The notes: generated by a model not told the origin, from the sequence alone. DNA of 64,000 nucleotides from Candidatus Marinacidobacterales bacterium (GCA_965226495.1 OZ245365.1:96001-160000), one strand, 5' to 3'. Positions 41,128 through 50,969 are shown, counted from the first letter of the stretch. A program made the numbers and translations.

Positions 41128-41512
41128 AGCGTTGCCTGTGCATCCGGCCGCTGCGGAACGCCGTGTCGGTCGGGTCGCGGTTGGTATCACTGGCCTCGCC
41201 ACCGGACTGGGCCTCCTGGGGGGAGTAGATTTCGCCGCTTCGGTAGCGGCTGGAGGGCTCATCGCCCTCGTAAACTACAGCGCGTTGAGCTGGTTCGTGG
41301 ACCGAGTGGCACAACCCAGGCCGAAACGGGGCGCCATGCTCGCGGTGCTCGGTTTCGGGCTTCGCTACGCCTTGTTGGGAGGGTCGCTGTATGTTATATT
41401 CGCTGTTTGGAGTGCAAACGTGGTGGCCGTAAGCCTGGGTCTATCGGCTCCGGTAACGGCCATATTTTTTGAGTGGGTCTTCGAAGCCTACGAGGGGCGC
41501 GTCCAACGGTGA
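41114..41512 (+). CDS. atpI: ATP synthase subunit I
   Basis: Four TM helices, GGLIALVNY, LRYALL; position in the operon. Confidence 0.75.
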   Translation: MGPPKALPVHPAAAERRVGRVAVGITGLATGLGLLGGVDFAASVAAGGLIALVNYSALSWFVDRVAQPRPKRGAMLAVLGFGLRYALLGGSLYVIFAVWSANVVAVSLGLSAPVTAIFFEWVFEAYEGRVQR

Positions 41513-41647
41513 TCACTCCCGGCGCCTCCCGGCCCTGATCAAAGTTGACCAGAGTTGACCAGACTTAGTCGGGCTTAATCGGGCTTCCGAACCCAAGTAG
41601 CTAGAGCTAGCTCGCCGGCGCCAAGCGCGTGCGGCCCATTTTTTTGT

Positions 41648-42328
41648 ATGGAAGAACTTGAGCACAAGTCGTTCCTCTTTGGCCTCCTGCACGGGGCGGC
41701 TCCCGATCATGTCCTGATGGCCCTTTTCATCGGGCTACTGTTGATGGTGGGGGCGGTGTGGTTTCGCTCGCGCATTCGTGTCGAGGAGCCAGGGCGTCTA
41801 CAGTTGGTCCTGGAAGCCACGGTGGGTGGTTTGATCGGCATGCTCAAAGAGAACGTCGGCCCGCAGGGGCCCAAGTTCTTGAGCTTGGTCGGCACTCTCG
41901 GGTTGTTCATATTGACGTGCAATCTGGCGGGCTTGGTACCGGGACTATCGTCTCCTACCACCAACCTGAACGTACCCGTCGGCTGCGCCCTGGTTTCGTT
42001 CCTGTACTACAATTATCAGGGAGTTCTTGCTCAAGGTCTGCTGCCTTACCTAAAGCACTTTCTCGGACCGGTGCTTCCCATGGCGATCATCATGCTACCC
42101 ATCGAGATCATCAGCCATATTAGCCGCGTACTGTCCTTGTCGATGCGGCTCTTCGGTAACATCTTTGGCGAAGAGCTCGTCATTCTCGTGCTGGCGAGCC
42201 TTGTTCCTTTTTTGATTCCGCTACCCATGATGGCCTTCGCGGTATTCGGTAGTATTTTGCAAGCCTTCGTCTTTGTCATGCTGACCATGATTTACCTCGG
42301 TGGTGCCGTGGCCATGGAAGAACATTGA
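41648..42328 (+). CDS. atpB: F0 ATP synthase subunit a
   Basis: NLAGLVPG, SPTTNLN, SLSMRLFGNI, LQAFVF. Confidence 0.95.
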   Translation: MEELEHKSFLFGLLHGAAPDHVLMALFIGLLLMVGAVWFRSRIRVEEPGRLQLVLEATVGGLIGMLKENVGPQGPKFLSLVGTLGLFILTCNLAGLVPGLSSPTTNLNVPVGCALVSFLYYNYQGVLAQGLLPYLKHFLGPVLPMAIIMLPIEIISHISRVLSLSMRLFGNIFGEELVILVLASLVPFLIPLPMMAFAVFGSILQAFVFVMLTMIYLGGAVAMEEH

Positions 42329-42383
42329 TCGTGCTAACGTCGGGTATGCGTTATTTCGTTAACTGCGAAAGGAGGATATTCTG

Positions 42384-42713
42384 GTGAAAAGGATATTGTT
42401 CGCGGCCTTCGGGTCGCTCGTCTTTCTGATGATGGGAACTCCCGTGTATGCGGCAGAAGGGGATCTTTGGGTGGCTGACACCACCAAGTGGGCTTTGATC
42501 GCGGGCGCCGGAGCCTTGGCCTTCGCCGCCGCTTTCGGCGCCTATTCCCAAGGTAAGGCCGCGGCTGCCGCTTGTGAGGCGATCTCTAGAAACCCCGGCG
42601 CCGCTCCTCAGATCCGCTTCGCCTTTCTGTTGGGCGTGGTGCTGATCGAATCGCTCGTGATTTACGTATTCGTCATCTCGCTCAGTATCTTGTTCGTGAA
42701 GTGGCCTGCGTGA
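42384..42713 (+). CDS. atpE: F0 ATP synthase subunit c with N-terminal signal-like extension
   Basis: QGKAA...ISRNPGA...IESLVIY; GAAAGGAGG SD. Confidence 0.93.
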   Translation: MKRILFAAFGSLVFLMMGTPVYAAEGDLWVADTTKWALIAGAGALAFAAAFGAYSQGKAAAAACEAISRNPGAAPQIRFAFLLGVVLIESLVIYVFVISLSILFVKWPA

Positions 42714-42726
42714 CGAAATTCCTTTG

Positions 42727-42764
42727 GGGCTCTCTCGCTCACGGGCTAGACTGCGAGAGGGCCC
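42727..42764 (+). terminator. GC-rich hairpin after atpE (terminator or mRNA stabiliser)
   Basis: GGGCTCTCTCGC-14 nt-GCGAGAGGGCCC; no clear U tract. Confidence 0.5.
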
Positions 42765-42831
42765 ACGGCTTCGAACTGGGGGGCATTGCCAGTCGGGGCC
42801 AGCCGGCGCCAGCCGGCACCAGGAGGACGAG

Positions 42832-43755
42832 TTGGAATTCGCCAAGTACGCCTACTTCGAAGGTAAAGTAGTTCCTTTCGCGGAGGCGCGTGTCTCGGTT
42901 GCCACCCACGGTTTTCTCTACGGGACCGCCGTGTTCGAGGGAATCCGTGGATTTTGGGACGAGACGAAGGGCGATGTTTACGTCTTCCGGTTGAGAGAGC
43001 ACTTCGAGCGGCTGGCTGTCAACGCCCGCATCCTCAAAATGAGCCTGCCTCGGCCGGTGGATGAGTTGGTCTCTCTGACCGTCGACCTGATCCGAAAGAA
43101 CGAGCTGCGCTGCGACTTATACGTCCGGCCGGTCCTATACAAATCGGACCGCCGCTTCGGCGTCACACTGTTCGAGAATCAAGACCTCACGGTCTTTATC
43201 GCTTCGATGGGAGCGTATCTTTCCAAGACGGAAGGGATCGACCTTGCCGTTTCCTCTTGGAGACGGATCGAGGACAATGCCATCCCCGGCCGAGCGAAGA
43301 TCAACGGCGCGTATGTCAATAGCTGCCTCGCAGGGGACGAAGCTCGCAGTAACGGATTCGACGAGGCGATCTTCCTGAACGAGGACGGCCACGTCTCCGA
43401 AGCCCCGGGAATGAACCTCTTTATGGTCCGAGGCGGCCGCTTGATCACGACTCCCGTAACGGCCAATGTCTTGGAGGGCATCACCCGAGCCAGCCTCATG
43501 ACGCTTGCGGAGAAGAGCCTCGGTGTCGAAGTCGAGGAGAGACCCGTCGACCGTTCCGAGCTCTACGTAGCCGACGAGGCCTTCATCTGTGGAACGGCCG
43601 CCAAATTGGTCAGCGTGAGGAGCATCGACCGTCGCATGGTGGCCAACGGAAAGACCGGTCCGATCACTACGAAGCTCGCCGAACGATACCGCGCCGCGAC
43701 CTTGGGCGAGCTCGAGGGCTACCGGGACTGGATCACCTCCGTTTATAACGATTAG
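42832..43755 (+). CDS. ilvE: Branched-chain amino acid aminotransferase (class IV PLP)
   Basis: YGTAVFEGIRG, RLREH, AKINGAY, LEGITR, FICGTA; AGGAGG before TTG 42832. Confidence 0.88.
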   Translation: MEFAKYAYFEGKVVPFAEARVSVATHGFLYGTAVFEGIRGFWDETKGDVYVFRLREHFERLAVNARILKMSLPRPVDELVSLTVDLIRKNELRCDLYVRPVLYKSDRRFGVTLFENQDLTVFIASMGAYLSKTEGIDLAVSSWRRIEDNAIPGRAKINGAYVNSCLAGDEARSNGFDEAIFLNEDGHVSEAPGMNLFMVRGGRLITTPVTANVLEGITRASLMTLAEKSLGVEVEERPVDRSELYVADEAFICGTAAKLVSVRSIDRRMVANGKTGPITTKLAERYRAATLGELEGYRDWITSVYND

Positions 43756-43783
43756 CCCGATCACTCCGATTCCCCCAAAAATC

Positions 43784-44656
43784 ATGGCGCTCCTGTTCGT
43801 CGCGGGAGCCGTCCTGGCGTTGTTGTTGGGCCTGTCCTTCCTCTTCGCCGAGCTTCTCATTCACCCGCCGAGAAGCAGGCCGACGGATTTCACGCCTACC
43901 GACGCGGGGCTGCCGTTCGAGTGGGTCACCTTCCCTTCCCATGATGGATTCCGGTTGATGGGTTGGTTGGTCGGGCCCGAGCTTCGTAAACCACCGGTAG
44001 TCATTGTCCACGGTTACACTGACAACAAGGGTTCCTACCTCGATCAAGCTCGCTTCCTGTTCGATCGGGGCTACCCGAGCCTGCTCTATGACCAAAGGGG
44101 CCATGGGCAAAGCGCTCCGGCGAAGGTTTCCCTTGGACCCCTGGAAGCGCGGGACCTCGCCGAGGCTATTCGGATGCTCAGCGAGCGGGGTCGCGGAGAT
44201 CGATTCGTGGTCTGGGGGATTTCGATGGGGGCGGCAACGGCCCTTCTCGCTGCAGCCGATGAACCTCAAATTGTGGGGGTCGTCGCCGAGTCGAGCTACG
44301 AGAGGCTCTATCGGGTCGTGGTAGATACGGTTCGCCTGCGCTTCCGTGTGCCGCAGTTTCCGTTGGTACCCCTTAGCCTCGCCATCGCTTCCCTGAAGAT
44401 TGGATTCAATCTCTTTCAGGTGCATATCGGTGACGCGGTCAAATCCTTGGGCGAGCGCCCGCTCATGTTGGTGAGCGGCGCCGAAGATCCGCGCATGACT
44501 CCTGAGCTAGGAAGCCGGCTTCTCGCCGAGGCGGTAGGACCTGCGGACCACCTGGTGATAGCGGGTGCGGGCCACGCGCAGTGCTGGCCTTTGGGCAAGG
44601 CGGTTTACGGAGAGAGGGTTCTCGCTCTACTCGAGGCTACCCGACCTAACCAGTAA
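43784..44656 (+). CDS. Membrane-anchored alpha/beta hydrolase
   Basis: VHGY, DQRGHG, GISMG nucleophile elbow, GAGH. Confidence 0.88.
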   Translation: MALLFVAGAVLALLLGLSFLFAELLIHPPRSRPTDFTPTDAGLPFEWVTFPSHDGFRLMGWLVGPELRKPPVVIVHGYTDNKGSYLDQARFLFDRGYPSLLYDQRGHGQSAPAKVSLGPLEARDLAEAIRMLSERGRGDRFVVWGISMGAATALLAAADEPQIVGVVAESSYERLYRVVVDTVRLRFRVPQFPLVPLSLAIASLKIGFNLFQVHIGDAVKSLGERPLMLVSGAEDPRMTPELGSRLLAEAVGPADHLVIAGAGHAQCWPLGKAVYGERVLALLEATRPNQ

Positions 44657-44753
44657 TAACCGGGAATAACCGGGAATAAGGTTCGCTTGCAATGCGCAGG
44701 ACCTCCTTTGTAAGATGCCGGTGTAACTCGTGTAACCGGAGGTAATTCTAGCC

Positions 44754-45830
44754 GTGTTGGATACCATTCGTTGGGACGGCGACGCCGTCGCCTTGCTCGA
44801 TCAAAGAATTCTCCCCACTCGAGAGGAATACCTCAGTTGTCGGAGCGCTGAGGAGGTCGCCGCAGCCATCAAAGACATGGTTGTGCGCGGGGCTCCCGCG
44901 ATTGGCGTCACGGCGGCGATGGGCATCGCTTTAGGCCTGAAATTGGCGTCACTGGCGTCGCAGTCTTCGGCGCCTGGCGAGAAGGACGAGAGGGCCCTGC
45001 GCGCGTCCATGGACCAAGTGTGCGAGCTCATGCGAGTGACCCGGCCGACTGCGGTCAACCTGTTCTGGGCGATCGAGCGGATGAAGTCGCGTTTCGAGGA
45101 GCTCATTCCGGAAGGGTCCGCCCGTCTTGTGGAAGGCTTGGAGCAGGAGGCGATCGGGATTCTGAATGAGGACATCGCCATCAACCGTCGCATGGGAAAG
45201 CACGGCGCCGACCTCGTGCCCGACGGCGCGCGGATCTTGACGCATTGCAACGCCGGCGCTCTCGCTACGGCCGGCTACGGAACCGCGCTGGGAGTCATCC
45301 GCGCTGCGGTGGAGTCTGGTAAGAAGGTCGAAGTCTATGCCGACGAAACACGTCCGTTCTTGCAAGGTGCGCGACTGACCACGTGGGAGCTCGCGAAGGA
45401 TGGGATCCCTGTTACCCTTATTACTGACAACATGGCCGGCCATTTGATGGCAAAGAAAAAGGTCGATTTGGTCGTGGTGGGCTCGGATCGGATCGCCGCC
45501 AATGGCGATGTGGCCAACAAGATCGGAACTTACTCAGTGGCAGTTCTCGCACGTGAGCATAAGATTCCCTTCTACGCGGTGGCCCCGACCAGCACGTTCG
45601 ACCTGAGTATTCCTTCAGGGGATCAAATCCCCATCGAGCAACGCGACCCGAAGGAAGTCACTCACTTCCAAGGAGTGCAGATTGCACCGGACGGTATTGG
45701 CGTCGAAAACCCTGCATTCGACATCACCCCGAACCGGTTCGTCACAGCCATCGTCTGCGAGAACGGCGTCGCCCGGGCGCCGTTTACCGAGGTTCTGAGA
45801 AAGTTCACCAATAAAGTAGAGGCCGCCTGA
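44754..45830 (+). CDS. mtnA: S-methyl-5-thioribose-1-phosphate isomerase
   Basis: [45 protein letters not shown]. Confidence 0.95.
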   Translation: MLDTIRWDGDAVALLDQRILPTREEYLSCRSAEEVAAAIKDMVVRGAPAIGVTAAMGIALGLKLASLASQSSAPGEKDERALRASMDQVCELMRVTRPTAVNLFWAIERMKSRFEELIPEGSARLVEGLEQEAIGILNEDIAINRRMGKHGADLVPDGARILTHCNAGALATAGYGTALGVIRAAVESGKKVEVYADETRPFLQGARLTTWELAKDGIPVTLITDNMAGHLMAKKKVDLVVVGSDRIAANGDVANKIGTYSVAVLAREHKIPFYAVAPTSTFDLSIPSGDQIPIEQRDPKEVTHFQGVQIAPDGIGVENPAFDITPNRFVTAIVCENGVARAPFTEVLRKFTNKVEAA

Positions 45831-45836
45831 CGCTTC

Positions 45837-46907
45837 GTGCTCATCCTCGGGATCGAAAGCTCCTGCGATGAGACTTCTGCGGCCGTCGTCGAGGATGGCC
45901 GCCGGATCCTCTCCAACGTCATCGCTTCTCAAGTAAAGGTTCATAGCCCCTACGGCGGTGTCGTTCCAGAGCTCGCCTCCCGACAGCATCTCTCGCACAT
46001 CGGCCCGGTAGTTGATGGCGCCCTAAAGGAGGCGAGAGTGGAGCTTTCACAAATCGGGGCCGTTGCCGTTACTCAGGGACCAGGTCTCGTCGGCTCGCTC
46101 CTGGTGGGACTTTGTTTCGGGAAATCCATCGCCTACGCACGCGACATTCCCCTTGTCGCCGTCGATCACTTGGAAGGCCACATACGCGCCGCCTACATGG
46201 AGAGAGATGAGTCGGACCCGATTCCTCATCCCGCGGTATCGCTCGTCGTTTCGGGGGGCCACACCGGCTTGTATTTGATGGAGGAGGAAGCCCGATACGA
46301 GTTGGTCGGAAAAACGAGAGACGACGCGGCCGGTGAGGCATACGACAAAGTCGCGAAGCGTCTGGGGCTGGGGTATCCAGGTGGCCCGGTGATCGATCGC
46401 ATAGCGGAACACGGTGATCCCAAAAAGATTCCTCTTCCCGTCGCCAAGATCTCGGATGGTAGCGATGATTTCAGCTTTAGTGGATTGAAGACGGCGGTGC
46501 TGCGTGCGATTCGTGAGCACGATATCGATCCAGTGAGCGAGGGCGAGGATCCGATGGGGCGGACCGACGTGCTTAACTTAGCTGCCAGTTTTCAGAAGGC
46601 GGTGGTGAACGCTTTGCTTTCGACTACCCAACGAGTTTCGAGGCGGGTGAAAGCGCGCGCCATTCTCGTGTCGGGAGGTGTGGCCGCCAATCGTCAGCTT
46701 CGCTCGGAGTTCGGCCGCTTAGGTGAGCAGATGAAGATTCCGGTGGTCTTTCCGAGCATAGCGCTTTCGACCGACAATGCGGCCATGATCGCTGCCGCCG
46801 GTTACATCAAGTTTTTACGAGGCGAGTTCTCGGGCCCCGACCTCAACGCGGAAGTGGAACTGCGTCTGGGAGAAGGGTCTGTAAGGCGCTCCGAAAGGCA
46901 TTTGTAG
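45837..46907 (+). CDS. tsaD: tRNA N6-adenosine threonylcarbamoyltransferase
   Basis: LGIESSCDET, GGVVPELASR, HLEGH, SGGHT, DDAAGE, TDNAAMI. Confidence 0.96.
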   Translation: MLILGIESSCDETSAAVVEDGRRILSNVIASQVKVHSPYGGVVPELASRQHLSHIGPVVDGALKEARVELSQIGAVAVTQGPGLVGSLLVGLCFGKSIAYARDIPLVAVDHLEGHIRAAYMERDESDPIPHPAVSLVVSGGHTGLYLMEEEARYELVGKTRDDAAGEAYDKVAKRLGLGYPGGPVIDRIAEHGDPKKIPLPVAKISDGSDDFSFSGLKTAVLRAIREHDIDPVSEGEDPMGRTDVLNLAASFQKAVVNALLSTTQRVSRRVKARAILVSGGVAANRQLRSEFGRLGEQMKIPVVFPSIALSTDNAAMIAAAGYIKFLRGEFSGPDLNAEVELRLGEGSVRRSERHL

Positions 46908-47110
46908 CGTCGGCTGGGGCTGCAAGCTTCCCCAGGGAAAGCTCGTCTGGACGAGATTCTCTTTGAGAACCCAAGGCGGGACTTGCCGATGGGTTTCCCC
47001 CACATTCGCGAAGCCGATAGAGCCCCTTTCACAGTGCGCACCCACGGCTTCGCTATAGCCAAGACAAGAAACCACGCGGCTTAGGCCTCGAGTCGGCAAC
47101 CGCCGCGGCT

Positions 47111-47126
47111 CGGCACGTCCCTTGCT
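47111..47126 (+). promoter_or_regulatory. sigma-54 promoter of the lipoprotein gene
   Basis: CGGCAC-GTCCC-TTGCT, 65 bp before the ATG. Confidence 0.6.
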
Positions 47127-47190
47127 TGTGTTGCATCTCTAGAGAATCCACCTCCGTACGTTGTCGAAAGTCAATGAGTGGGAGATTGCG

Positions 47191-48123
47191 ATGAAAGAAT
47201 CAAAGATCAGAACAGGTGGTGTAAGGGCTCTGCTGGGGACGGTGCTGGTCACACTAGTAAGCTTCGGTTGCGACTCTGGCCCCACATCGCCAACACCCGC
47301 TTCTGGGTCGGGCACTCAGGAAACCGCAGAGGTCGTGGTATCCGGCACATTCTCGTCGGCCAACGCCTTGTCATCCGGTCTCGCTGGAATCTCCCAAACA
47401 GACGTCAACGACATCACGGTCGAGGTCGTGGGTACGGGGCAATCCGTGGCGGTCTCGAATGGCACGTTCGCCCTTAGCGGTCTTCCGGCGGGTTCGTTTA
47501 CGCTTGTGTTCCGCGACGGGACGGGCAAGAGGCTGGGCAAGCTGACCTTCGACAACGTTCAAGCCGGCCAGACTATCGAGCTCCTGCTCGAGCTCCACGA
47601 CGAAGGCGTAGTATTGCTCAAAGAGGTTCGCGACGGCGAGGTTGTGGTCGATAACAGTGCCGACGAGACCGGCAACGACGATGGGGACGGCGACGGAAAC
47701 AATGATGACGACGGCGACAATGACGACGGCAACAATGACGACGGCGGCAACAATGACGACGGCAACAATGACGACGCCGGCAACAATGACGACGCCGGAA
47801 ACGGTGACAGTGGTGAATCCCCGTCATTGCAGGGCTCGCTTTCCGGAAAATGGAGCGGCCAATGCGACGACGAAAACGTGAGCGGGCGTTTCTCGATTTC
47901 GGTCTCCGCCGGTGGAAGTGTTAGCGGTTCTTATTCCGGAGATGACTCCGGTTCAATTTCCGGAAGAGTTCGCAACAACGGCTCTTTTTCCGCCGCGGCG
48001 GGAAGCGCCGGAGAATGCCAATGGTCGGGAACGATTACGCGCTCGGGCAATTCCCTGTCGGGGAGTGGAACTTGGACCTGCCCGGAAGACTGCGATGGAG
48101 ACTGGTCCGGGTCCGGATCGTAG
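47191..48123 (+). CDS. Lipoprotein with Asp/Asn/Gly repeats and Ser/Gly/Cys-rich C-terminal domain
   Basis: VSFGC lipobox; (G)NNDD repeats encoded by GGCAACAATGACGAC units at about 47670-47805. Confidence 0.75.
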   Translation: MKESKIRTGGVRALLGTVLVTLVSFGCDSGPTSPTPASGSGTQETAEVVVSGTFSSANALSSGLAGISQTDVNDITVEVVGTGQSVAVSNGTFALSGLPAGSFTLVFRDGTGKRLGKLTFDNVQAGQTIELLLELHDEGVVLLKEVRDGEVVVDNSADETGNDDGDGDGNNDDDGDNDDGNNDDGGNNDDGNNDDAGNNDDAGNGDSGESPSLQGSLSGKWSGQCDDENVSGRFSISVSAGGSVSGSYSGDDSGSISGRVRNNGSFSAAAGSAGECQWSGTITRSGNSLSGSGTWTCPEDCDGDWSGSGS

Positions 48124-48142
48124 GCAGTCAACATCCATCACT

Positions 48143-48284
48143 GGTCTGGGGCCCCACCCCCAGACCTCGCGCTTCGTCGGCCGGCGACTTTGATCAGAGC
48201 GACGGGGACCCCACCCCCGTCGCCGAGCCGCTACGCGCTCCGCGCTGCGCGTCGGCTGAAGGCTCCGCGCGGGCTGAGGGCTCC
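48143..48284. repeat. REP-like composite hairpin element, copy 1
   Basis: GGTCTGGGG-CCCCAC-CCCCAGACC and GCGACGGGGACCCCACCCCCGTCGC hairpins; ends in GCTGAGGGCTCC. Confidence 0.7.
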
Positions 48285-48751
48285 TAATCCTGTCCGCCCT
48301 GTTCCTCCGAACGCTTTACGCGAAGAATCTTCCACTCGTCCTCTTCGCGTCGGAGATCGACGCGGAGCTTCTGAGGCTGGGTCACCGTCCCCACCATGAT
48401 GAACCGCTGGTCCGCCTGGATAGCAACTACAGTTAGGTCGAACGAAGCTGTCGCTTCGGCCCCTTCTACTTCCGCGCGCACTGCCTCTAGGGTCACGTTG
48501 AGTCGGTCGACGCGCTCGAAACCTCGATCGACCATCTCTGAAAGGGACTCGAAATCGAGGTTGCGGAAATCGGAGTAGTCGCGGGACAGACAGGAGAGAA
48601 ACCGCTGGGTGTCTTTTACCTCGGCGGCATCGGCGGCACGCTGAAGAGAACGTTCCACCTGGGCGGCGGGAGAGAGATACCACTCCCATGTGAAGAACGC
48701 GATCAACAGCGCGGCGGCGCTTCCGAGGGCGATGAGATTCCGGCGGTTCAC
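48284..48751 (-). CDS. Membrane-anchored NTF2/SnoaL-like protein
   Basis: N-terminal TM helix, LSRDYSD, C-terminal LRREEDEWKI; GTG 7 nt after TACAAT. Confidence 0.65.
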   Translation of the reverse strand: MNRRNLIALGSAAALLIAFFTWEWYLSPAAQVERSLQRAADAAEVKDTQRFLSCLSRDYSDFRNLDFESLSEMVDRGFERVDRLNVTLEAVRAEVEGAEATASFDLTVVAIQADQRFIMVGTVTQPQKLRVDLRREEDEWKILRVKRSEEQGGQD

Positions 48752-48770
48752 GGGCTCGATTGTATCTTGT

Positions 48771-48800
48771 TTGCTTGACTTTGCTTGACTTTGCTTGACA
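48771..48800. repeat. Three 10-bp tandem repeats (TTGCTTGACT) in a divergent promoter
   Basis: ttgcttgact ttgcttgact ttgcttgaca; the last unit supplies TTGACA. Confidence 0.85.
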
Positions 48801-48854
48801 GGGAGCGGATGCACAGGATAAGAAAGGACGGTTTTAATCAACGGGGAGTTGAGA

Positions 48855-50840
48855 ATGAGCAATAAGGAGTTCAAGCCGTTTGTCCCTCCCGATCAAACCC
48901 CGCCCGAGCTGACCGTTCGGGCTGTCGTGCTCGGCATTTTTATGGCCGTCGCCTTGGGGGCTGCCAACGCATATCTAGGCATGAGAGCGGGCCAGACGGT
49001 GGCTGCCACATTCCCAGCGGCCGTCGTGGCAATGGCGTTCTTCCGGTTCTTCAGGGGAGGAATTCTGGAAGAGAACATTTCTCGTACGACCGCATCGGTC
49101 GGGGAGGCGCTTGTCGCCGGCGCCATCTTCACCATCCCGGCTTTCATCCTCGCCGGTGTTTGGACCGAGTTCGACTACCTGCAGAGCACGATTCTGATGC
49201 TGGTCGGTGGGATCCTGGGCGTGATGTTCGTCGTACTGCTCCGGCGCAGCCTGGTGAACGATCCGACCTTGCCCTTTCCCGAATCGGTTGCCGCCGCAGA
49301 GATCCACAAGGCCGGTCAAAAGGGTCAGACCGGCGCAAGGTATCTCTTTTATTCCATGGGTCTCGGGGCGCTCGTCGAGCTGTTCAAGAACGGCAACGGC
49401 CTACAGCTTTTTCACGAGCGGATTACCGGCTTCCTGCAATACGGTACCTTCAAGAGTTCAGTTGTCGTGGGAGGCGCGACATTTGGGTCAGCGACTCAGC
49501 CGGGCTCCATGCTTCTCTCTACGCCTGCCGCCTCGCCTGCATACTTGGGTGTTGGCTATATCATTGGACCACGCCTCGGTTCGATCACGTTTGCGGGTGG
49601 AGTGTTCGCCTGGTGGTTCATGATCCCCGCCATTTTATTCTTCAACCCGCAGTTCGCCGACGGTGATCTCGTTGCGCAGGCGGGCTCGGATTGGGATGCC
49701 ATTTACAACCAAGTGTGGACGAATCTGGTGCGCCCCATCGCGGTCGGCGCGATGATCGTGGGTGCATTCTGGACCCTGTTCCGAATGCGGAACTCGTTGA
49801 TCGATGGCATCGGCAAATCTATCTCCGACTTGAAGGCGGCCCGAGCGGGTCAAACTGTAAAAACTAGTCGGATCGATCTCGACCTTCCCTTCAACTGGAC
49901 GGCGGCTGGTGTGGTGGCGGCGGTGATCCCGGTTACGATCCTTTATTACTACTACAGCGGTCAGTGGTTGGGTGCCTTCGGTTCGGCCGTCGTTATGATC
50001 ATCGCGGGTTTTTTCTTTTCTGCAGTAGCGGGATACTTGGTCGGCGTCATCGGAAGCTCCTCTAATCCGATTTCCGGGCTTACCCTGTCGACGCTACTTC
50101 TCGCAGCACTGCTGATGACCACAATAGGTCTCAGCGGTACGAAGGGAGTGGCCGCGGTGCTGGGGGTGGCGGCGGTCGTTTGCTGTGCCTGCGCCATCGC
50201 CGGTGACATGCTGCAGGATCTCAAAGTGGGCCATCTCCTCGGCGGAACGCCAAAAGCTATGGAGAAGGCCGAGCTCATCGGGGTGGTTGCTGCCGCGCTA
50301 TTGATGACGTTTCCGATGATGATTCTCCACAAGGCAGACATCATGAGCGGAGGGCAAGGAATCGGTGGCGCCGAGCTACCGGCACCGCAGGCCGGTCTCA
50401 TGGCGCTGCTCTCTAAGGGGATCGTGGGCGGCGACATGGCGTGGCCCCTCATTGTGTTCGGGATGGCATTCGCCCTGATGCTTCTGCTCGTCAATGCTCC
50501 GTCTCCGATGCTGATTGCAGTGGGTATGTACCTTCCGCTTCAGACGACCTTCGCCATTTTTGTCGGTGGGGTGATTCGGTGGATCTTCGATCGAAGAGCG
50601 AGCAGAATCGAAGGCCTGAGCGACGAGGCTCGATACCGAGGTGAAAATAGCGGCACGTTGATCGCCTCGGGTTTGATAGCTGGAGAAGCATTGATGGGGG
50701 TGTTGCTTGCCCTCTTGGTGATCGCCGAGATCAGTCCTCCGCACCTTCTAGCCGACCCGCGGGGCTGGCCGGGGCTACTGGTGTTCGCGATACTCGGGTG
50801 GTTGTTGGTGAAAATTCCTTTGGATCAAGCTCGGGCATAG
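48855..50840 (+). CDS. OPT family oligopeptide transporter
   Basis: ELTVRA, ANAYLG, LEENI, FPES, SSSNPISG, QDLK, APQA motifs. Confidence 0.92.
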   Translation: MSNKEFKPFVPPDQTPPELTVRAVVLGIFMAVALGAANAYLGMRAGQTVAATFPAAVVAMAFFRFFRGGILEENISRTTASVGEALVAGAIFTIPAFILAGVWTEFDYLQSTILMLVGGILGVMFVVLLRRSLVNDPTLPFPESVAAAEIHKAGQKGQTGARYLFYSMGLGALVELFKNGNGLQLFHERITGFLQYGTFKSSVVVGGATFGSATQPGSMLLSTPAASPAYLGVGYIIGPRLGSITFAGGVFAWWFMIPAILFFNPQFADGDLVAQAGSDWDAIYNQVWTNLVRPIAVGAMIVGAFWTLFRMRNSLIDGIGKSISDLKAARAGQTVKTSRIDLDLPFNWTAAGVVAAVIPVTILYYYYSGQWLGAFGSAVVMIIAGFFFSAVAGYLVGVIGSSSNPISGLTLSTLLLAALLMTTIGLSGTKGVAAVLGVAAVVCCACAIAGDMLQDLKVGHLLGGTPKAMEKAELIGVVAAALLMTFPMMILHKADIMSGGQGIGGAELPAPQAGLMALLSKGIVGGDMAWPLIVFGMAFALMLLLVNAPSPMLIAVGMYLPLQTTFAIFVGGVIRWIFDRRASRIEGLSDEARYRGENSGTLIASGLIAGEALMGVLLALLVIAEISPPHLLADPRGWPGLLVFAILGWLLVKIPLDQARA

Positions 50841-50866
50841 AGCAGGGGCCCGATTGATCCATCAAT

Positions 50867-50936
50867 GCGACGGGGACCCCACCCCCGTCGCCGGCCGCTT
50901 CGCGACTACTCGCTCCGCGGCTAGCTGAGGGCTCCC
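50867..50936. repeat. REP-like composite hairpin element, copy 2
   Basis: Identical 25-mer GCGACGGGGACCCCACCCCCGTCGC plus GCTGAGGGCTCC tail. Confidence 0.7.
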
Positions 50937-50969
50937 CACCCGCTGGCCCATGTGCCACAAGCAGGGGGT

